From: Acholeplasma laidlawii PG-8A
GTDB lineage: Bacteria > Bacillota_I > Bacilli_A > Acholeplasmatales > Acholeplasmataceae
DNA length: 32,000 nucleotides
NCBI RefSeq assembly: GCF_000018785.1
Contig: NC_010163.1
Span: 1,260,001 to 1,292,000 of the forward strand
Direction of reading: 5' to 3'
Below the pieces are notes generated by a model. The model saw only the letters and a list, made by a program, of their open reading frames with translations. It had not been told where the DNA came from and did not search any database. This document shows, piece after piece, positions 27,465 through 32,000 of the stretch. Made by a program: the position numbers and the translations under genes. The number at the start of each line of letters is the position of its first letter. Within the stretch, counting starts at the first letter, position 1.

Positions 27465-29324
27465 TTATTTTGGATCAAACTGTGAATTGTAAAGTTCAGC
27501 ATAGAAGCCATCTTGACCTAGAAGTGTCTCATGGTTTCCACTTTCTACAATGTCGCCATCTTTCATCACTAAGATTAAATCAGCATTTCTAATGGTAGAT
27601 AGACGGTGTGCAATCACAAATGATGTACGACCAGTCATTAATTCATCCATTGCTTTTTGAATTAATACTTCTGTTCTTGTATCAATGGATGAAGTTGCTT
27701 CATCAAAGATTAATAGCGGTGCATTTAAAATCATTGCACGAGCAATTGTTAATAATTGTTTTTGTCCTGCAGATAGGTTGACCTTATCTGTTAAGATCGT
27801 ATCATATTTTTCTGGAAGGGTATTAATGAAGAAATGAATACCAACAGTTTTACAAATAGATTCTACTTGTTCTCTAGTTACATCTTTATTAGTAAATACT
27901 AAGTTATCATATACGCTACCTTCAAATAACCAAGTATCTTGTAAGACCATACCAAATAGATTATGTACATTTTCACGTGTGATATCTTGAATATCTACAC
28001 CATCAATTAAGATGCGTCCTTCGTTTAATTCATAAAAGCGCATGAGTAGATTGACAAGGGTTGTTTTACCAGCACCAGTAGGACCAACAATTGCAACCTT
28101 TTGACCAGGTTTAATCTTAGCAGAGAAATCATTAATGACTAATTTTTCTTCATCATAACCAAACTTAACATGGTCAAAGGTAACTTCACCTTTGACATTG
28201 GTAAGTTTGGTTTCTTTATGAGATTCATCTTCTAACTCTTTTTCTTCTAAGAATTCAAATACACGTTCAGCAGCAGCTGTACCTGATTGTAGAGAAGTCA
28301 TTGCTTGAGCCATAGTTGATAGTGGTTGAGTAAATAATCTAACATAAATTAAAAATGCTAAGATGACACCAAACTCTGTTTTACCACTTGATACTAAGAT
28401 AGCACCAACAATAATCACTGCTACATAACCAAGGTTACCTACAAAACCCATTAAAGGCATCATGATACCTGATAAGAATTGGGACTTCCATCCACTTTGA
28501 TATAAGTCCTCATTCATTTGATTAAATGTTTCTACTTCTTTAGGTTCTGCAACATATGCTTTCACATTGGTATGTCCTGTATAGATTTCTTCAATGTGAC
28601 CATTTAATGCACCTAATTTTGATTGGAATGTTTTAAAGTATTTTTGAGATCTTGTTACAATTAACATCATAAAGACAAATCCAATTAAGGATGCACCAAT
28701 TGCAGTTAATGCAAGAATCCAGTTAGTAATAAACATCATGACAATCGAACCAATAAACATGGTCACTGCAGTCACTAATGAACCAAATGATTGTTGGTAG
28801 GTTTGACCAACCATGTCCACATCGTTGGTCATACGACTTAAGATGTCACCAATGTTTGTTGTGTCATAATATTTAAAAGGTATTTTATTCATTTTAGTTG
28901 CGATATCTCTTCTAAAGCGATTGGATATTCTTTGAGATACGGTTGTGAGCATAAAGCCTTGAATATAGTTAAAGATAAATCCTAAACTATAGAATATTAC
29001 AAGGGTTAGACCGATACGACCAATAAGTTCCATATTAATGGTTTCACTTGGGAAAATGCCTTGATCAGGTCTAAAGTCCACTGCTTTTGTAATTTCATTG
29101 GTCATTTGTTTAATTAAGTCTGGACCAATAATATTTAATACGGTACCAATAAATGCTAGAACAAAGGCAATACCGATTAATACATGGTATTCTTTTGCAT
29201 AACTAAGCATTTGTTTAAAGGACTTTTTAAAGTTTTTAGCCTTTTGACCTCCGCCCATTTTTCCATGACCAAAGCCAGGATTTTTAGGTGCTGGGTTGTT
29301 ATCGTGATTTTTTTCTTTAGCCAT
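27465..29324 (-). CDS. Heterodimeric ABC exporter subunit with canonical Walker B glutamate
   Basis: TM domain plus NBD: GPTGAGKTTLVN, LSAGQKQLLTIARA, LLIFDEATSSIDTRTE; start reassigned to 29324 (MAKEKN) with GAGGAGGA RBS. Confidence 0.92.
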   Translation of the reverse strand: MAKEKNHDNNPAPKNPGFGHGKMGGGQKAKNFKKSFKQMLSYAKEYHVLIGIAFVLAFIGTVLNIIGPDLIKQMTNEITKAVDFRPDQGIFPSETINMELIGRIGLTLVIFYSLGFIFNYIQGFMLTTVSQRISNRFRRDIATKMNKIPFKYYDTTNIGDILSRMTNDVDMVGQTYQQSFGSLVTAVTMFIGSIVMMFITNWILALTAIGASLIGFVFMMLIVTRSQKYFKTFQSKLGALNGHIEEIYTGHTNVKAYVAEPKEVETFNQMNEDLYQSGWKSQFLSGIMMPLMGFVGNLGYVAVIIVGAILVSSGKTEFGVILAFLIYVRLFTQPLSTMAQAMTSLQSGTAAAERVFEFLEEKELEDESHKETKLTNVKGEVTFDHVKFGYDEEKLVINDFSAKIKPGQKVAIVGPTGAGKTTLVNLLMRFYELNEGRILIDGVDIQDITRENVHNLFGMVLQDTWLFEGSVYDNLVFTNKDVTREQVESICKTVGIHFFINTLPEKYDTILTDKVNLSAGQKQLLTIARAMILNAPLLIFDEATSSIDTRTEVLIQKAMDELMTGRTSFVIAHRLSTIRNADLILVMKDGDIVESGNHETLLGQDGFYAELYNSQFDPK

Positions 29325-31086
29325 GATTGATTTCCTCCTCTGATAATTGTGATAATGCAATCTCGCGGTAAACATGATTATCTTTAATTAATGTTTCATG
29401 TTTTCCTGAACCTACAATCTTACCTTCATCAATTACTAAGATTAAATCCGCATTCTTAATCGTTCCAATTCTTTGAGCAACAATTAATGTGATGTGATTT
29501 TTAAGATTTGATTTTAATGCATTTCTTAAATTTCTATCTGTTTGATAATCAAGTGCAGAAAAACTATCATCAAAAATTAAGATATCTGCTTCTTTTTGGA
29601 TTGCTCTTGCAATCGATAATCTTTGTTTTTGTCCACCAGAGAAGTTTTTACCTGCTTGAGATACACGTGATTTTTCTTGTTCTTCTAACGATAAAACAAA
29701 GTCACTTGCCTGTGCAATGTGAAGTGCATCTTGAACTGTTTTATCATTATCCACACCATAGTTAACGTTTGTTTGAATCGTTCCACTAAACAGAAAAGCT
29801 TGTTGTGAAATATAGCCAATTTTTGATCTTAAATCTTTTTGATTGTAATCTTTAATATTTACATTATTGATTTTAATTTGACCCTCTGTAACATCATAAA
29901 ATCTAGGAATCAAGTTGATTAATGTTGTTTTACCAGCACCTGTAGCACCGATAATTGCAACTACATCACCCTTATTTGCACTAAAGGATACATTTTCAAG
30001 AACTAAATCAGATGCATCGGGATATTTAAAACTCACATTTTCAAAAGTTAAACTTTCTACTTGTTCTTGTAAGTTTAACTTACCATCTGTAAGCTTAGTT
30101 TTAGTTTGTAGCACTTCTAAAATACGGTTTGCTGATACTTGAGCACGTGGCATAATAACAAATATCATAACGAGCATCATAAATGCCATAATGACTTGCA
30201 TTGCATATTGTGAGAAAATAATCATTGGCCCATATACTTCCATACGAGCTAATAATCCAACCATTGGATTTGTAAGATCTAGTGCGATATCACCAATTAA
30301 TCCGCCACCAATCCAGTAGATCGCAAGCCCCACACCTGACATAACGAGTGTCATAGTAGGCATCATGAAACTCATGATTCTACCTGCAAACAAACTGTCA
30401 TTCATTAAAGTATCACTAATACTGTTGATCTTATCTTTTTGAAACTTTTCAGCATTATAAGCTTTTATAACTCGTAAGCCTGATAAGTTTTCTCTTGAGT
30501 GCTTATTGAGTTCATCTGTATTTTTTTGAATTTTTTTAAATCTTGGCATTGCAAGGAAGATGACCATTAATAAGACAACACTAATAACTAAAATAGCAAC
30601 AACTGTTGATAATGTAAATTCCCATCTAGAGTCAGATATCTTATATATACTCCAAATCGCTAAAATAGGCGCTTTTAAGATGATTTGAGCACCAAGTGAG
30701 ATAATCATCTGAACTTGGTTAATATCGTTTGTAGATCTTGTAATTAAACTAGGTGTTGAAAAGTTATTTATCTCTTCCATTGAAAACTCTGTTGTCTTTT
30801 CAAAAATCTTAGAACGTAGTCTAGCACCAAATCTTGATGAGAGTCTAGCAAAGATTAAACCTACAACAACTGCAGATAATAAACTACCAAATGCAAGTCC
30901 TAACATTTTTAATCCTTCTAATACAATATCCATAAGCACTGCATTTTCACCTAGTGCCATCCTTGAAATATTAAGCATGTATTGTGGTAGTTCTAATTCT
31001 AAATAGACTTGCCCCATAATAAGGACAAGTGAAAATAATATCCACAACCATTCTTTTAATGTAATATGTTTAAGTATTTTAATCAT
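29317..31086 (-). CDS. Heterodimeric ABC exporter subunit with degenerate Walker B (DD)
   Basis: GATGAGKTTLINL, FSGGQKQRLSIARA, ILIFDDSFSALDYQTD; directly downstream of a MarR regulator. Confidence 0.92.
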   Translation of the reverse strand: MIKILKHITLKEWLWILFSLVLIMGQVYLELELPQYMLNISRMALGENAVLMDIVLEGLKMLGLAFGSLLSAVVVGLIFARLSSRFGARLRSKIFEKTTEFSMEEINNFSTPSLITRSTNDINQVQMIISLGAQIILKAPILAIWSIYKISDSRWEFTLSTVVAILVISVVLLMVIFLAMPRFKKIQKNTDELNKHSRENLSGLRVIKAYNAEKFQKDKINSISDTLMNDSLFAGRIMSFMMPTMTLVMSGVGLAIYWIGGGLIGDIALDLTNPMVGLLARMEVYGPMIIFSQYAMQVIMAFMMLVMIFVIMPRAQVSANRILEVLQTKTKLTDGKLNLQEQVESLTFENVSFKYPDASDLVLENVSFSANKGDVVAIIGATGAGKTTLINLIPRFYDVTEGQIKINNVNIKDYNQKDLRSKIGYISQQAFLFSGTIQTNVNYGVDNDKTVQDALHIAQASDFVLSLEEQEKSRVSQAGKNFSGGQKQRLSIARAIQKEADILIFDDSFSALDYQTDRNLRNALKSNLKNHITLIVAQRIGTIKNADLILVIDEGKIVGSGKHETLIKDNHVYREIALSQLSEEEINHG

Positions 31087-31088
31087 TT

Positions 31089-31517
31089 TTAACCCTCTTC
31101 TTCTACGGTTATATTTTGCTTAATCTGGTCAATCACTCTAAAGAAGACTTCTAATTCTTCTTTAGAGATATTATCTTTAATTCTATTTTCCATTTCATCA
31201 AATTTTGATTTGATGTTTCGAATAATCTGGATTGATTTTTCGGTGGGTTTTATAATTTTCTTTCTTGAATCTTCTTTATCATCTATGCGAACAACCATAT
31301 CATTTTGCTCCATCGCTTTTAGCATTCTAGAGCATGTAGAACCCCTCATACTAAATGCTTGCTCTAAATCTTTAGAGTTTAAATCTTTATCTTTATGATG
31401 AATTAAGTACTTAACTATTGCAGCTTGCTGCATAGATAAGCTTTCTAGTTCAGATAATTTATGGGTATAACGAACCATTAGGTTCATCAAACTTTTAAGT
31501 TCAAGTCCAATATTCAA
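31089..31517 (-). CDS. MarR family transcriptional regulator
   Basis: Winged-HTH of MarR type: LSMQQAAIVKYLIHHKDKDLNSKDLEQAFSMRGSTCSRMLKAMEQNDMVVRIDDKEDSRKKIIKPT; AGGAGG RBS. Confidence 0.93.
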   Translation of the reverse strand: MNIGLELKSLMNLMVRYTHKLSELESLSMQQAAIVKYLIHHKDKDLNSKDLEQAFSMRGSTCSRMLKAMEQNDMVVRIDDKEDSRKKIIKPTEKSIQIIRNIKSKFDEMENRIKDNISKEELEVFFRVIDQIKQNITVEEEG

Positions 31518-31544
31518 GTCGGTACCTCCTTATTCATAATATAG

Positions 31545-31586
31545 TTAGCATGCTAATGATTATATAGTTTTTATAGATAATGTCAA
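31545..31586 (-). promoter_or_regulatory. Promoter of the MarR/ABC operon with palindromic operator
   Basis: Minus strand TTGACA (31581-31586), 16 nt, TATAAT (31559-31564), then perfect palindrome TTAGCATGCTAA (31545-31556) at the predicted start site. Confidence 0.85.
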
Positions 31587-31657
31587 ATCATTTGTTTTTG
31601 TTTTTTTCATATTCGAAATATCTTTAATTTTTACATAATTAAAGCAATATAAAAATA

Positions 31658-31690
31658 AAAAACTTACCACATACGAACCGGTAAGTTTTT
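31658..31690. terminator. Bidirectional terminator-like hairpin
   Basis: aaaaacttacc / ggtaagttttt 11 bp stem with an A-run on one side and T-run on the other. Confidence 0.82.
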
Positions 31691-31729
31691 AAAATTATGT
31701 AATGGTTTCTATGAGAAAAAATTAACTAT

Positions 31730-32000
31730 TTATGAAAGTTCAATATTATAAGTTCCTAATTCCAAATGGAAGGTACCACCATGCCTGATTGAATACTTAC
31801 TTCTTACTAAGACCCTCACATGATTGGTAGTGTTAATCTTGACTTTTTCTGATTGTCTGATTACACCTTTAGGATCCGTGGATACACCCCAAGTTAAAAA
31901 ACAAGTCACTAATGTTTTGTCAGTTGTTCTACTCACGATTTCTCCATTGTTTATAACTCCAACATAGTGATCATCTAAATATATATAAACAGGAACTAGT
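31730..32000 (-). CDS. 3' part of an ORF continuing beyond the window, function unassigned
   Basis: The track starts at the GTG at 31936, but the frame remains open to the window end, reading LVPVYIYLDDHYVGVINNGEIVSRTTDKTLVTCF...SKYSIRHGGTFHLELGTYNIELS*. Confidence 0.65.
   Translation of the reverse strand, partial: LVPVYIYLDDHYVGVINNGEIVSRTTDKTLVTCFLTWGVSTDPKGVIRQSEKVKINTTNHVRVLVRSKYSIRHGGTFHLELGTYNIELS

Noticed and set aside
1-32000. CRISPR array, toxin-antitoxin, restriction-modification, retron or phage defence system
   Set aside because: I saw no repeat-spacer structure, nuclease/reverse transcriptase/methyltransferase ORFs, integrases or transposases. All major ORFs fit housekeeping, transport, regulatory or surface functions.

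Overview
The window looks like chromosomal sequence from an Acholeplasma-like Firmicute/Mollicute: low GC, standard stop codons (TGA is used as a stop, for example oppD) and many lipoproteins. Almost everything reads on the minus strand. Contents: (1) a DUF4886/SGNH-like lipoprotein; (2) a complete SUF Fe-S operon in the order sufC-sufD-sufS-sufU-sufB; (3) a complete opp operon oppA-B-C-D-F with several unusual insertions; (4) a DUF3899-like membrane protein; (5) an InlB-B-repeat plus S41-like lipoprotein divergent from a TetR regulator; (6) a small membrane protein; (7) asnA; (8) a lipoprotein gene split by an apparent frameshift; (9) an LTA-synthase-like sulfatase; (10) a VOC protein and a UPF0316 protein; (11) a three-gene ABC-2 type exporter; (12) a MarR plus heterodimeric ABC exporter operon with a consensus promoter and a palindromic operator; (13) the 3' part of an ORF that runs off the right edge. 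Many Rho-independent terminator hairpins are legible. I found no CRISPR array, rRNA/tRNA, IS element or convincing new defence system. The most interesting signals are: the 12-nt palindrome TTAGCATGCTAA at the predicted start site of the MarR/ABC operon; a palindrome over the suf promoter; lineage-type insertions in OppC/D/F, including a histone-H1-like OppF tail; the S41-like lipoprotein lacking the canonical lysine motif; a Thr-to-Ser change at the LtaS nucleophile motif; and the frameshifted lipoprotein.
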